The translations under genes and the position numbers were made by a program. The notes beneath the pieces were generated by a model. The model searched no databases and had not been told where the DNA came from. It saw only the letters and a list, made by a program, of their open reading frames with translations. A stretch of 64,000 nucleotides of DNA from Vezdaea acicularis (taxonomy: Eukaryota): contig JAPEUI010000018.1 in the NCBI GenBank assembly GCA_026025075.1, forward strand, positions 62,001 through 126,000, written 5' to 3'. Shown piece by piece: positions 47,179-59,611 of the stretch (positions within the stretch are counted from its first letter, which is position 1; every line of letters begins with the position of its first letter).

Positions 47179-47841
47179 CTAATTACCCACAAAATTGAAT
47201 TTAGTGGCCTTCGTAACAATAAGAATCCGTAATACATTTTGTTCAAGGTATTCATCCTCATCTTTACCTTTAGCATTTGTACACGCCCTTCCGCAGGCCC
47301 TAGGATTTCCGTCATGCAGAGAAATGCCTCGGGGACACTGATAAACCTTCTCTATTCCCCATGATGGATAGTATAATCGCTCCTTATCTGCATCCACCGT
47401 GGCGTCGTAGCTACTCCTATGTACTTCTTCCCCGGTTACCTCTTCGACCGAGTACTTGATCGTTATGGCTTGCATATATCCCTTATCTTGAGCCCATTTA
47501 CGAAGCGGCTCAATTCCAAAGTATTCCGCTTCCTTCTTCAATGCCACATAGAATGCATGATCAAAGCCATTGCTTTTGTCATAGATTATTGGTAGTACTC
47601 CCCGTCGCAAGTAACGCAAGATGTGCGCAAATAGGTCTGGGTCCGCATCGATGAAGTAAGAGCCGTCGCTAGATTGCGAGTCAGAGCAGCGGCCAGAAAG
47701 CAGGGATGCAAAGTAAGCAGATTCGCCAGAGAGCGTCGACGCAAGTGTGGTGAATCGACGTTCTCCAACCTGTAAGACTATGCTCTCATGAGATGGCGAG
47801 GCTGGAGGACTATTATCAGCCGACGGGGTAGGATCCGACAT
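47179..47841 (-). CDS. BTB/POZ (KCTD/K+ channel tetramerisation-type) domain protein
   Basis: IVLQVGERRFTTLASTL...YFASLLSG...YFIDADPDLFAHILRYLR...EAEYFGI; Cys/His-containing tail. Confidence 0.85.
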   Translation of the reverse strand: MSDPTPSADNSPPASPSHESIVLQVGERRFTTLASTLSGESAYFASLLSGRCSDSQSSDGSYFIDADPDLFAHILRYLRRGVLPIIYDKSNGFDHAFYVALKKEAEYFGIEPLRKWAQDKGYMQAITIKYSVEEVTGEEVHRSSYDATVDADKERLYYPSWGIEKVYQCPRGISLHDGNPRACGRACTNAKGKDEDEYLEQNVLRILIVTKATKFNFVGN

Positions 47842-48424
47842 CGCGGATTTTTTTAAACTTTTCTTAGTAGGTGGAATCACCAAAACAGATAAAGCAACTA
47901 TTGCAATAGTATTAACAAATGGTTGTCAGTCAACGAGCTCAATCTTATATTAGAGCTTACAAGAGATAAGAAAGTGAGGGGAACAGCGATTGTCTTAAAT
48001 CAGCCAGCACAGACTCAGATGTATATCAACGGATACATGAATGATGCAAGAATCCAAAAACTTTCAATGAGACAAAGGACTTGATAAAGGTTGCGAGCAA
48101 TCATCTGCGGAGTCTTGGTTATATGGGTATCGTTGACATGTTACCACATCTTTGAGGACAATACAAAAACGATTACACATTCGGAGAAGTACATGAAACG
48201 TCTGTTCGATGATTATTTAGGCGAACAAGCCTAATTTGTGCTCTGCTGCAATGAAGGCAGCCCACAGATCCAGTGTATTGCAGATTATCTAATAAGGCTT
48301 CTAGTCAGCATGAATATGTGATTTCCCTTTAAATTTTTCAGGTTGACGCGAGGGTTAGCTATTCTTCTAATGCCTTTATCGGCTCCATACAGAAAAAGAA
48401 AGACAACTGACCAGATATAATACG

Positions 48425-48702
48425 AAGCTGTGGTCAAATTGATAGCGCATAACCGATGGTTCCCACACAAGAAAATGCCACAGGCTAGAAGGCACAAACC
48501 GCCCTCACAAGGCCACGGGCATAGCGCAGAGCATGATACTGCGAAAAGAACAAAGGCGTAGTACTCTAGAGCTCATACTAAGAAGGGTTACTACAAAATT
48601 GCTGACGGTCTTTGAAATTTGTAGAGTAATGTATGTTGATGGGGTAGGCATGCGTGGCATGCCCGCTGCTTGCTTATGCGCCATCAATTTTGACCACAGC
48701 TT
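48425..48702 (+). repeat. ~270-bp inverted-repeat-bounded element, copy F
   Basis: AAGCTGTGGTCAAATTGATAGCGCATAA ... TTATGCGCCATCAATTTTGACCACAGCTT. Confidence 0.88.
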
Positions 48703-49830
48703 GGGGCTGGCGGAAGCTACGGCCCCACCCGCGGCCCGCAAACCCGCGGCAGCCGCGTGGCACTACATCGCAGTGACGTGCAGTGATTGGTTGGTGTGGC
48801 TAGGGGCGTTCTGCACAGAGCATGGGAGGCGCGTTGGTTTAGCCGAAACTTGGCAGAAGTACAACGTCATTGGATCGTGTCCTCTTGCTCACCAAGTGCG
48901 CCACTATGACCAGCAAGGGAGCATTGCATAAGCTTCTGCTGTTTCTCACAACACCCTCGAAGCCACCATTGTGCTTTTGGCTTAGCTCTAGCACTTCTCC
49001 TTCCATGGCGCGCGGAGAAGCGGCATTGCTCTGGGTTCTGGCCAATTTCTTACTTTAGAGATTATAGCTTCGTAGTCACCACAGGAGAGCTTGCATCTTC
49101 CTGGCGGAGCCCAAAGTTCTCACTGAGAGTAGCCCTCGTTTCTGTTCGCAGCTCGAACCAATCTACCATACTGGAAGAGCAGGTCGAACTATAGCGTACT
49201 GCTTATTTACGATGCTTTCCAGTCCCTACCCGGCGTCACTTGAAGAAGTTCGAGGTGTCTTGACTGATGACTTGGCAAAATCGCGGCCTCAAATCTCACG
49301 ATGCTCACATGATTTTTCTTGGCGTTTTCGTGGCTAGCTGGGGCCGTTGTGGCCAGAGTTCTACTTGCCAACCCCTTTAGCGTTGTCGTTCTAGATTGCC
49401 TCTTACCCCGCCCCAAGAAGTCTGTCAGCTGGACTAGCGAGAAGCTAGGCTCCCTTGACTCTGGTGGCGTCAAAGCTGAGAGCTCAAAAGCGGACCGGTG
49501 GCGGCTTCAAGGTCGTTGCAGTCCCGCTGTAGACAGGGGCTCTCATAGTACGCTAAGCCGTCTTGAGGGATTGTCCTCAGTCTCCTCGCGTTGTTTGGCT
49601 AGGAGTCTTGCCAATTGACATCGTATACAATGGTGCCGATTGGCTGGCACGCTGGCTATCGCACAAAATGTGGTTGCTAAATCATAATATTGAGGAAGAC
49701 CATGAGTAGAGGAGGGAATGGCTCTGCTATAAGACTTCCTATAGCTCTCCTCTACCTTCCAAGTTTTTTTTCCGGTCTATAAAGCATGAATTGATGATCC
49801 GCATCTCTGAAGAACTAAATACGACTAAAG

Positions 49831-52305
49831 ATGGCCAGCTTGACTGCAGACAATCCGGCCGCTCAGGCTCAAAACAGCAATGTCATCTTCCCCTTGCCTC
49901 GGCCAACCAGGGGGCCAAAGGCATACCGCCTTGAGATTGATGAGTTTCTTGCTGACAATGCGTTGACCAACCTGTTCCTATTGGCTCTTTCCGACATGCA
50001 GAAAAATAGCATCAAGCATGCCGGGAGCGATAAATTGAATTGGTGGAGCTTTTACAGTATTTCAGGTATTACGAACTCAACTCCTTGAATAGGGATGATG
50101 CTCACCATGTCTAGCTATCCATGGCCTTCCCAGGGAAGATTGGGCTGAGCTGGGCTATCCAAATCAGGAGACATATGGATACTGTCATCATGGCATGAAC
50201 ACCTTTCCAACTTGGCATCGTCCCTACATGTTTCAGATGGAGGTAAGTGGGGGACGTTGTCTATCAGCCAACGCGCTCTTGGCTAATATTCTCTTAATAG
50301 CAAGCCATTTACAATCAGATGATCAAGAAGGCCAATGAATATGATGACGATCACAAAAAAACCTATCTTGATGCGGCCGCCCGGTTCAGACTACCGTACT
50401 GGGACCTTGCTATGCCTAGGAATGACGACGATAGCAAAGCGACTGAAAAGGCCAAAAAGCTCGGTGTTTGGCGATGGGGTCTTCCAGAGATCCTCAAACG
50501 CACAGAGGTCTACGTGAGAAGGCCCGACAAGCCAGACGAGCTCCACCCAATGGATAATCCATTGTATAGCTTCAACTTCCCGAAGGAAGAAGAGTATGCT
50601 GGTGTCAAGAACAGGCCTCAAATTCCATGGAAACAGACTGGAATCGGATGGCGCTTTGGTGACGACAAGAAACCGATATTTCGTGATGACAACAGCGTAC
50701 AATTCAAACATACCGTACGCGGTCCTACCACAAGGACTAAGGCAGACACTGATGAAGTGTACCTGGACGAAGCTGTCCAGCTCCAGACACGAGCATTGAC
50801 GACGTATGTCTGGCAGATGCTGAATCCTGAGGAGGAGCTTGATGTATCGGGGACTGGCGCAAAGATCAAGGTCAACGAATGGCGGCCATGGAACTATTTT
50901 GCAAACCATACACGAGTGCCAGAAGACACCGCATGGAAAATTCGAGCAATCAGATCGATCGAGTCATGGCACGACAACATCCACAATTTGATCGGCACTG
51001 GTAAGAACTATACCGGCCACATGGGCGATCCATCCATCGCCGCTTTCGACCCGTTATTCTGGCTCCATCATAACAATATCGAACGACTGTTTTGTCTTTA
51101 CCAGGTTCTGTATCCTGACAAGTTCGTTTCACCCGGCAAGCGTCAGGACCAAAACCCGCCTGTGCCGCGGAATGACCCTAATTGGTTTGCCGATGATGAG
51201 CTGTATCCCTTCACCAAAGACAGCAAAACGAAGAAATGCTACACCTCAACCGACGTTCAAGAATGGACGAAGAGTGGGTTTGCCGTCCCTGGCGACCAGG
51301 ATCTTGGTGAGGTTGGTCAGAAGGCAGTAGCGCAGTACTTGCGAGACACGTATTACTGGTGAGTCCAACCCGGCTTGGAGGCTCTCTCCTATATCTAATT
51401 AGCTGCCAGGGCCACCGATCCCAAGAAACTACCCCCCCCAACTCTTCAATACCCCAAGAATCTCAAGCACGTCGAAGCCCTTACTGGTAAGATTGAAGAG
51501 ACTGTCGAGGCTCCCGCATTGCAAGTGCAGGCGATCTCGATTCAGGCTGGCGCACCACAACTGGTCGCTCGCACGATTACTGTAGAGACTGGGACAAAGG
51601 AAAAGGAGCACATTCAGAATCCGACGATCGTCGAGAACATAATCAAGAATGGGGAACAGGACTACCCCAAAGGCGCATTGATAGACATCAACAAAGACGT
51701 GGACACCAAGATGAACACTTGGAACGCTCACCTCGAGGTCAAAAAGTGAGTACAAGACATCTTGCATAGTACCCTTCCCCATTAACCACCCCGCCAGGTA
51801 CGCCTACGACGGCTCCTTCAACGTCCACTTCTTCATCGGCGACATCGAGAGCGCCAACCCCGAGAAATACATGACTCGTCTGAACGAAGCCGGCTTCTCC
51901 GGCATCTTCGCCCAATCGCAACGCTCCGAATGCACCAGCTGCGAGAAAAACCGCGACCGGGGCGTCCTCTACGAAGACGTCGTCCCCCTCACCAACATCC
52001 TCCTCGACTACCTCGACGACGCCCAAGGCAGCGAAGACCTCATCTCTGGCGCCGGCAAAACTACTATCCGCAACCTCAGCGCCGAAGAGGTCGTTCCCTT
52101 CCTCAAGCAGAATCTTAGATGGCGCATCACCGATACGAATTCTAGTCTGCTCCCTTATCTGCCAGAGTCCGGCTTGGAGATCAAGGTCGCTAGTCGTATC
52201 TTCGTCCCGCCCACGGGCGATAATTTGCTCGGTACGTACGGGCCGTCGACGCTGCACCCGGAGATCACTACGGGCAAAGATGGCGGCTACAGCGGACCTG
52301 CGTAG
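49831..52305 (+). CDS. Fungal tyrosinase (type-3 copper) with C-terminal shielding domain, ~5 exons
   Basis: CuA: IHGLP, GYCHHG, TFPTWHRPY. RLPYWD. CuB: ESWHDNIHN, FDPLFWLHHNN. C-terminal domain GSFNVHFFIG...CTSC. Confidence 0.9.
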
Positions 52306-52702
52306 TCTTTTTTACGTGGGCCGGGCTGGATTACTGCATGAGCTATTAGGTTGGATTGATGGTTAGAGCGTCAAACGACAGCAGCGTTATTGCGTTAGGG
52401 ATAGTGCGGTGCTTCAGTACATATACGAAGACATCACATAGCATTTGCGTAGATGAACAAATTTCCTATTAGTCATTCGTCCCGCGACTCATACTTTGAC
52501 TATTCACCTCGAGTGTGTGAGATACTTGCTTATAGCTATACCCCAAGCTGTCACATTGCCCCCACTTCTGATTAGGCCGAATGAGATGTGCTTCTGACGT
52601 CAGAGGGGCAGAGAGAATGGCCAAATAAATTTAAACTAGCATGATATAGGATACCCAATACAGCTATTTGCGACCATCATAGCGAGAACATGAGAAAGCC
52701 CT

Positions 52703-54423
52703 TCAAAGCCCAGCATGGACCGGCGTCTTTGCCAGAGCAAACTTACTCTTCAGAGCGGGAATGGACGGCGAGAAGAAGTATTCGCCGCCTTTCGACACCA
52801 CCCACTCAACCGGAAGGTCGAGCTTACCGGCTGGGTCGCTGGCGTTGGTCAGGATGATGTTTCTGTCTCCGCTGTCAGGAGACGCCTGGCCGATGATGGG
52901 GTCAAAGCCTGGGCCTACGGTGGAGGTGAAGCCTGGTTTCGGGTTTCCCGGTGTATCGAGGAACGGGAAGGTTGTGTTGTTGGCCCAATCTACAGGGATG
53001 CTAGTTAGTATGTATCAAGCAAGGGGTTGTGGGAGGATAAACTTTTCTGGATGAATTGGAAGCCGTTGATATTGTTGCTCTGATACGCCTTGAAGAGGAG
53101 GCCACGGTCGGAAATGGTTCCATTCTTCCTCTCCTCGTCGGTGACTTCCGGACCAAATGCAATACCACGGCGAAGGATACGATGGATCTCAGTAGTCCCA
53201 AGGTCAGATCTGGGATTAGCCTTGCGAGTGTGTGCCGCAAACGGGCACCTATCTTGGGAGAATGGATCGTAGCGGAAATTATTGTTGCGATGTGGATTTT
53301 CACCAAGCTTCTCATCGTCCTTCAGTGGGGTGACATCCACTGGAGCTCCTACTCGCCAGATACTCATTTCAGTGACATGTTCCCTTGTAAATGATTAAGG
53401 GTGGTCATGGTTACATACCGCTCTTCCAACGCCCAACGAGCCGGGCACCGAGAAGGTCTTCAGGAGCCCCCGGAGGATTTTTTGCATCAACGAATCTCTG
53501 AAATTCGGGAACAAGTTGCGAGAGATAGCGGAAGGTGAGGAAACTGCCATCCAGGGCCCAAGAAGGCCTAGCAGTAGTGTCTCCCTCACGGCCAAGGAGA
53601 ATTATACCCTGGCGCACAGTCTCCTGACCCAGGAGAACAGTCTCGTCTACCCCAAGGACCGCAGGCTGGGATACGCCATCAAGGTATCCAAAGCTACGCA
53701 CGAGGTTTAGTAAGTCGAGAAGATCGAATTCTAACGTGGGACTCACTGCTCATGACCATCTTCTTTTCCAGGTCTTACATGACCATCTGCGCGCTTAACT
53801 TCCTGTATAGTGCCCTGTAAGATCTTTTGAATCTCGTTAAGTTTCTCGTCAATAGTAGCTTGACTATCCCCTGTAACGACAATGAGGCCATGGATATCCT
53901 CCCTGAATTCAGGAAACCATGTGGCTAGCTGGTCATTGAGTGACTTGTCATTGAGCATGCCAAGTTCGAAGGCAGTATCGTTGACCTTATCTGCAGTGGT
54001 GACCTGAAATCCTAGCTGAGGAGATGAAGGTAAGTTTCAGACAAAAAGGCAGTACAAACAATACGTTGGCACTCACCTGTACCAATCCTTTCTGCGAGAA
54101 GGCTATATTGAACCCGCTCAGCTTCAACAACTTTCCATCTCTTGCCCCATGTTCTTTGTATTCAGCGATTTTTTTTCGATGGCCGAGAACATTTGCAGTC
54201 GTAGTAATTAGGGGTACAAGCTCGGAGAGCTGTGAGCGAAATGCTTTGACCTGAGTATCCACGATACGGAAGAAGAAGTAGGTCTCTGCTTTCTTTGGAA
54301 GGCCACCGCCTCTACCGAGCGTTCAGATTGGTTACATAAATAAAATGAAAAGAATATGTGAGCTTACAGGATGTCACCTTGAACATTGTTGAGGTCCAGG
54401 GGAGCGGGAGTAGGGTCAGACAT
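52703..54423 (-). CDS. Dye-decolorizing (DyP-type) heme peroxidase, multi-exon
   Basis: DLNNVQGDIL, FGYLDGVSQP (GxxDG), CPFAAHTRKANPRSD (proximal His), ILRRGIAFG (distal Arg), GGEYFFSPSI. Confidence 0.9.
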
Positions 54424-56673
54424 TGCTTTGACTGTTCAATGAGCTTGATGCTGAAGGGTGTAATCCGCGTTGGAAGAGAGAGATATCGAAAGAGGATGAA
54501 GTCCGTAGCACAAGAGAGGAGTGGTGCAAGGCTCCTAATATCATCGTAGAGCGGAGACATGGATCCAGTATCAGCTGAGTAGCAGCCACGACACTGGCGG
54601 CCTTGTCGAGATCAGCTTCTCATTCGTTTGAAGTCTCGCTCAGCCGTAGGGGAGGGTTCGCTGAGACAATAGCATCCATTCGTTTGAGATGACCGAAGAA
54701 GGCCAGATAGGCTACAAGGGTCTCTATCCCCGCCACGGTGTAAAACAGGACGATGAGGAATGAGCATCACATGCCAAGGGCAACCGCTTTCGGTCAGAAC
54801 CCCCCCCCCCAGGCTTACGAATACAAGGAACGTGGACGGTGGGTGAAGTGAGCTTGCAGTGGAGGCGCTCTCGGCTGAGGGGTTGGCTCGGGGATGAACG
54901 TCTTGGCGGCTGCTGGAGCTGAGCGGAGGAGGTGCCCCGATTGCTCAGGGATCGCTGATCACGAGGTCCATACCAATGTCCAGAGTCGGGCGTCTCCCCA
55001 GGCATCATCGTCTCAAGGATCAGCTTCCGGAGAAAAGCGAGGGTGCAGGATGTTTGCTTGCAGGCTGCGAACCTGCTGAACTGGATTCGTGTTCGCCGAG
55101 CAGTTTTCACCCAACTCTCCTCCTCCTCCCGCACCCACGCCTATCGTCACACGCACACGTTTCTAGCATAGGCCTCGTGGCAGATCCAAAAAGATGTCTT
55201 TCAGAGGTAATAGTCTCAAGCTCCTCTCCATTCAGCCTTATTACATAGAGAGGAGGGTGGATGGTTGATGGAGCCTGTGGTGAACTAGAGGGAGCTTCCG
55301 ACGGAAATCCCCGCGATCGGCGACAATAAGGCTGATCTAGGCGCCCCACGTAACGCAATGCAGGGTGTGGGGTCACAACGTGGCTGGCGGCGCAATCGCC
55401 GATTGGAAGTCAATTCCATGAGACGGCGTGACGGTCATCGAATCCGGGTCAGCTGGAGCTTTGGTCGCGGAGACTCTGCTTTTCTTGGCATCGACCCTTT
55501 CACATCTCATCGACGAATCAGAACAAGCGACTCTCACGTCAGCCAGATGAACCCTGACATGCGCTTCGATCAATTCGTCTGTCTTCCTCCAAAACGCCAT
55601 CTCTACCACCAACGAGCATTTCGCCCACCGACACCCTCGTTCGCAGCGATGTATCCAGTGCGGGGTTTCTCGGCATAGAGCTGACGGCATGCATAGAGCA
55701 TCAAGTGGGTAGATGGGCAGGGATTTGCCCGATGCATAGCGCACGCCTTTTCCGACGTGATTGTACTCGGCGGCGAACGGGTCTTTGTTCGTCGAGCTCC
55801 TATCATCCTTCAGCCAGACTGGAGCTCATTGCTACTGTTGCTGCACTTTCGTCGTTGGTAGAGGGTTGGATTACTCACACTGCCCACCAAAGTCAATTGC
55901 ACTATCTCTAGTAGCTTGTTATTCCTTGGAGATACGCTTGCGTAGACGCCGCATATAATTAATTCACAGATGATAATATTGTTTCTGAGTTTGAGGACGG
56001 CAGTTGTCCTCGCGCTTTGCCTTCAACGTGTTAGAATTAGAAACTATAAGCCTCGATGGAGGGGCACGGGACCAGAAGAGAGAGGCTTCTCTGAAATTGA
56101 TGTGGTGATTTGAAGCGTATTGCTCGATATTCAAAAATTAGCTTTCACCAAAGTTCGAATTCCATTCACGGTCACGGTAATGAATATAAGTAGGCGCCGT
56201 ATCTGACGCTCGGGCGGGTCTTAGACACTCACAAGGCCTTGGCGTAGTCGATAAGAAGCTTTTTGATAATACACCTTTTGTTGGTACATTTGCTGCTTGT
56301 GGTTTGGCTGCCACCCGTGTTCCATGAATTGTAGCTCGAGGCGTTAGCCACTTTTCTCGTATATAGTTAGATGAGCGCCGTGGACGCTAAAGGGCGCCGT
56401 TTCATATGTTGATGGCCTCCTGCATGGGCAATGCCAAGAGAACTACACCTTCTGGTTAGGGTTCAACGCGCGATATGTGATCCCGCGCTCGACTATTTAC
56501 CATAAGTTTCAGATACGTGAAGTCTCATTGTTGCTGCATAAGAACTGCCTGCTGAGCTAGCTCCTAATACTCCATCTCAGTCCTCTAGATTCCGGTGCAG
56601 ATACTGATTTCTCAATCCGGTTGATTCCCCTAGGTCGAATTCTATTCCAGTATCCTGGTGCTCTATCTTCACA

Positions 56674-57279
56674 ATGTTTCGATCAAATCCTAGTAACTCT
56701 GACCCTGCCTCCAATACTTCAAGCTCAGCTATGGCTCGTACTGAAAGAATGAAAGCCAGCAGAGAAGGGGCCTTGCGCATCAAGCAATTGCAGGAAGCAG
56801 CGCTGGCAGCTCTACCGCAACGCAAACTTCACGTTGTCTTGTATATTCGATCAGACCCTCCTATTGCCAACGACTTCCATTGGGCATTCTACTACCACAA
56901 TTTCGAAGATGGAGGGACGAAGTATCATATGAAGAATATAGGTCCTGGATGGATTGCCGATCATGGAACGACTCGTGGTGTATTCAAATCAAATTTCCTT
57001 TGCGTCATAATCGAGATAGGGGGCATTCCTGCAGCTCAAGAAGGAACGCTTGACCAGATCATGAGATCCCACGATGACTCCGCTAATGACACTCCTGGGT
57101 TCACCTGTAGAGTCTGGGTGCTCACCATCATCACACGTCTGATACAAGCTGGGTTGTTGCGTTGTGAGGACTTGGCAGCTCTGGAACAGGAATGCTTTGA
57201 CTTTGGGAATGCATGCATGGTTTTAGCTGCAAGAAATGATCAGCCACGCCCTGTCGTTGTTTCGAGCCGATGCTCCTAG
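56674..57279 (+). CDS. Fungal hypothetical protein with HW...CxxW motifs (possible permuted papain-like fold)
   Basis: 201-aa ORF containing LHVVLYIR...DFHWAFY and FTCRVWV. Confidence 0.65.
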   Translation: MFRSNPSNSDPASNTSSSAMARTERMKASREGALRIKQLQEAALAALPQRKLHVVLYIRSDPPIANDFHWAFYYHNFEDGGTKYHMKNIGPGWIADHGTTRGVFKSNFLCVIIEIGGIPAAQEGTLDQIMRSHDDSANDTPGFTCRVWVLTIITRLIQAGLLRCEDLAALEQECFDFGNACMVLAARNDQPRPVVVSSRCS

Positions 57280-57624
57280 TTTCGGTTCAGAAAGAGCGTT
57301 GAATCTTATGGATCGGTCGACTTGTGTGCTGGATTTTCGAGATATTGAGAGGTGCACGTGGGCAAGATGACTTAAAGGAGGACGATTTGCGCACAGAATT
57401 GGTAGGGCCAGCGGCAGGAGACAGAGCGGAGTCATGTGGGGAGAGGTTCCGCATTCAACACCTATCCTTGCTTGGCGCATTTCCTTTGAATGAGACCGTA
57501 GAGATTGATTCGATGGTGGGTCTCGGTCAGATACTAGAGTCTCGATGAGATTTCAATTAACATACTCCTTAAACACTTAAGCTCCAAGCATGCCCATTTT
57601 GGGAGTGCTCAGCTTTATCATCAA

Positions 57625-58575
57625 CTACCATCCAATGTAAGAGTCGACGGTCAGCTTGTTTAGAGCACGGTCATATTCCAGTTCAGGCATATACTTGTCG
57701 CCGCCCAATATCGATATCGCTTGGTACCACCAGGAGTCTCTGCCGAACCTCATTGCCGTCGTAAAGTCCCAATAGTCAGGACACCACCCAGCACACTCCC
57801 AGTCAAGAAACCCAGAAAGGTGGTAATCTTCGTCAACAAGGATATTATGGGCTTTCAGATCGCCGTGTGTAAAGACAATATGGTGTTCTATATCTATGAT
57901 CTTTCTCGCCTTAGTCAATGTTGTTTCATATTCTTCTAAAGATTTGAAGCTGTGAGACGAGGCAGCACTTAGAAGATAGTCGTGAAGCTCCCTTTCGACT
58001 TTGAAAGGGCCCATAGCGTGCCTGGGAACTCTCTGGGTTGATATGTATGTCCCTGAAGCTGAACAGATCTGCTTGTCTTTAAAAGGACTCTTCCATTGCC
58101 GCATAGCATGTACGCACTTTACAAGGTCGTCGAACCACGGTTGCTCTTCCTCCACTACGAATTGAGCACTTGGATTACTCAGCGACCAGCCTGGCAGTCG
58201 CGTCATCAAGATTGATATCGGCTCGAACGAGTCGGATGGATGTTCTCCATAGCAGAGGACCTTTGGCACTGGCATCCCCGCGGCACGGGCCATCTGCATA
58301 GCAACAGCTTCTTCAATTCGAACTCGATCTCCCCACTTGAGAATAAGACCAAAGGGTAACTCCATGATAGGCCGAGTGAATGGAATGTTGAACCAGGAAC
58401 AGTATGATTTTGACAACCGGGCAAGCAGTTTATGGAATAGTCCCCAGAGCCGACGAATTGTCGGGTTTGAAATAGAAGGAGTTGGCGGAGTTTCCGTCAT
58501 GATATTGGCTTGGATGGGCCGAGGCCAGGTATAATCAGGTCGTAAAATACGAGGTATCCATGACTTCCCCATCAT
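57625..58575 (-). CDS. Aminoglycoside phosphotransferase/choline kinase-like protein
   Basis: EEAVAMQM, PVPKV, FTHGDLKAHNILV, LDWECAGWCPDYW. Confidence 0.88.
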   Translation of the reverse strand: MMGKSWIPRILRPDYTWPRPIQANIMTETPPTPSISNPTIRRLWGLFHKLLARLSKSYCSWFNIPFTRPIMELPFGLILKWGDRVRIEEAVAMQMARAAGMPVPKVLCYGEHPSDSFEPISILMTRLPGWSLSNPSAQFVVEEEQPWFDDLVKCVHAMRQWKSPFKDKQICSASGTYISTQRVPRHAMGPFKVERELHDYLLSAASSHSFKSLEEYETTLTKARKIIDIEHHIVFTHGDLKAHNILVDEDYHLSGFLDWECAGWCPDYWDFTTAMRFGRDSWWYQAISILGGDKYMPELEYDRALNKLTVDSYIGW

Positions 58576-59611
58576 TGGGTAATGTGTTTGGTGGTGATTG
58601 AACAGTGTTTGGGTTGATGATCAGCGGTGCTTGAGCATTGCTTAAGTTCGAGGGGTCACCTGTGACAGGACATTGCTTTAGTAGAGGGCTACTTGAGATC
58701 GAGTGGTGCTTGAGTAAAAGGCTAGCGATTATTAAACGGTGCCTAAATTAACGGCCGGTGGTGGTTCGAATAATCTTGAGTTGAATAATCGGCAAGCGTG
58801 ACAGCTAAATCTATCCAAGACAGTAGCGTGTAACACCACCCTTTACAACCAAAATTTGCATATAGTCTATTTGGCAATGATAGGAATTTCTTGTGTATGA
58901 ATTACATGATTTAGCAGGTGTATCATCATGATAATAAGTATCAACCTCATCTTCAATTGCGAGCGCTTCAACGTGCTATTCGCCCATTTGCGCTGCCGCG
59001 TTTTTCTTCCACGGCTCGCGCCTGAGCGAATGCGTGCTGCTTATCGACCGCAACATGACAGCAGCGAGACATGCTTCTTATCCATCATCTCTGCTCTAGA
59101 ACAGAATTCCCCCTAAGCTACTTACGATCGCTAGCTTAAGCTACTGCTTGCTGTCGTGCCGCCCCCCCGCCAACCGTGCCACGAGCACAGCGAGTCAACC
59201 AAACTTACCCATAGAGAGCTTACTATGCTTAAATGTGCTTGAGATGATTTGAGCATATAGAAAAGTGAATTCTTTGATACATTCAACAAGCTAATGGCTC
59301 GTTGAGTGTGGGCAGCCCTTGCTTCTGAGGATGGCTTTATCGGAGATCAGAGTATTAATGTCCTAGCAAACTCCCCTCCTCCAGCGTAAGCCACGAGGTC
59401 TGTAGAGTGATTTTACTTTACCAATGGCATAAAAACGAGGTATTTATCCTCAGGCAATAATACAACCACTGAATAATGTTACACTTATAGTCTAAGTCAA
59501 GCAACTCCTTGTGTGCCCCGCCTCCACTAAAGCGGCAAATAGTTTCGTACCCACAAAGCCCAAAAAATCCCCCGTTAGATCGCATCAACCCAAATAATTA
59601 CTCAAGTCAAG

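Noticed and set aside
25029..48702. Starship giant transposon
   Set aside because: The cargo is compatible, but no DUF3435 tyrosine recombinase captain or diagnostic boundary repeats are visible in this window.
48839..49625. Minus-strand coding-like stretch (LARLLAKQREE...LTPPESREPS) interrupted by stops
   Set aside because: Possibly a decayed gene or TE, but I cannot assign a family.
54724..55958. Cluster of overlapping short ORFs upstream of DyP
   Set aside because: No domain signal; consistent with chance ORFs in intergenic DNA.
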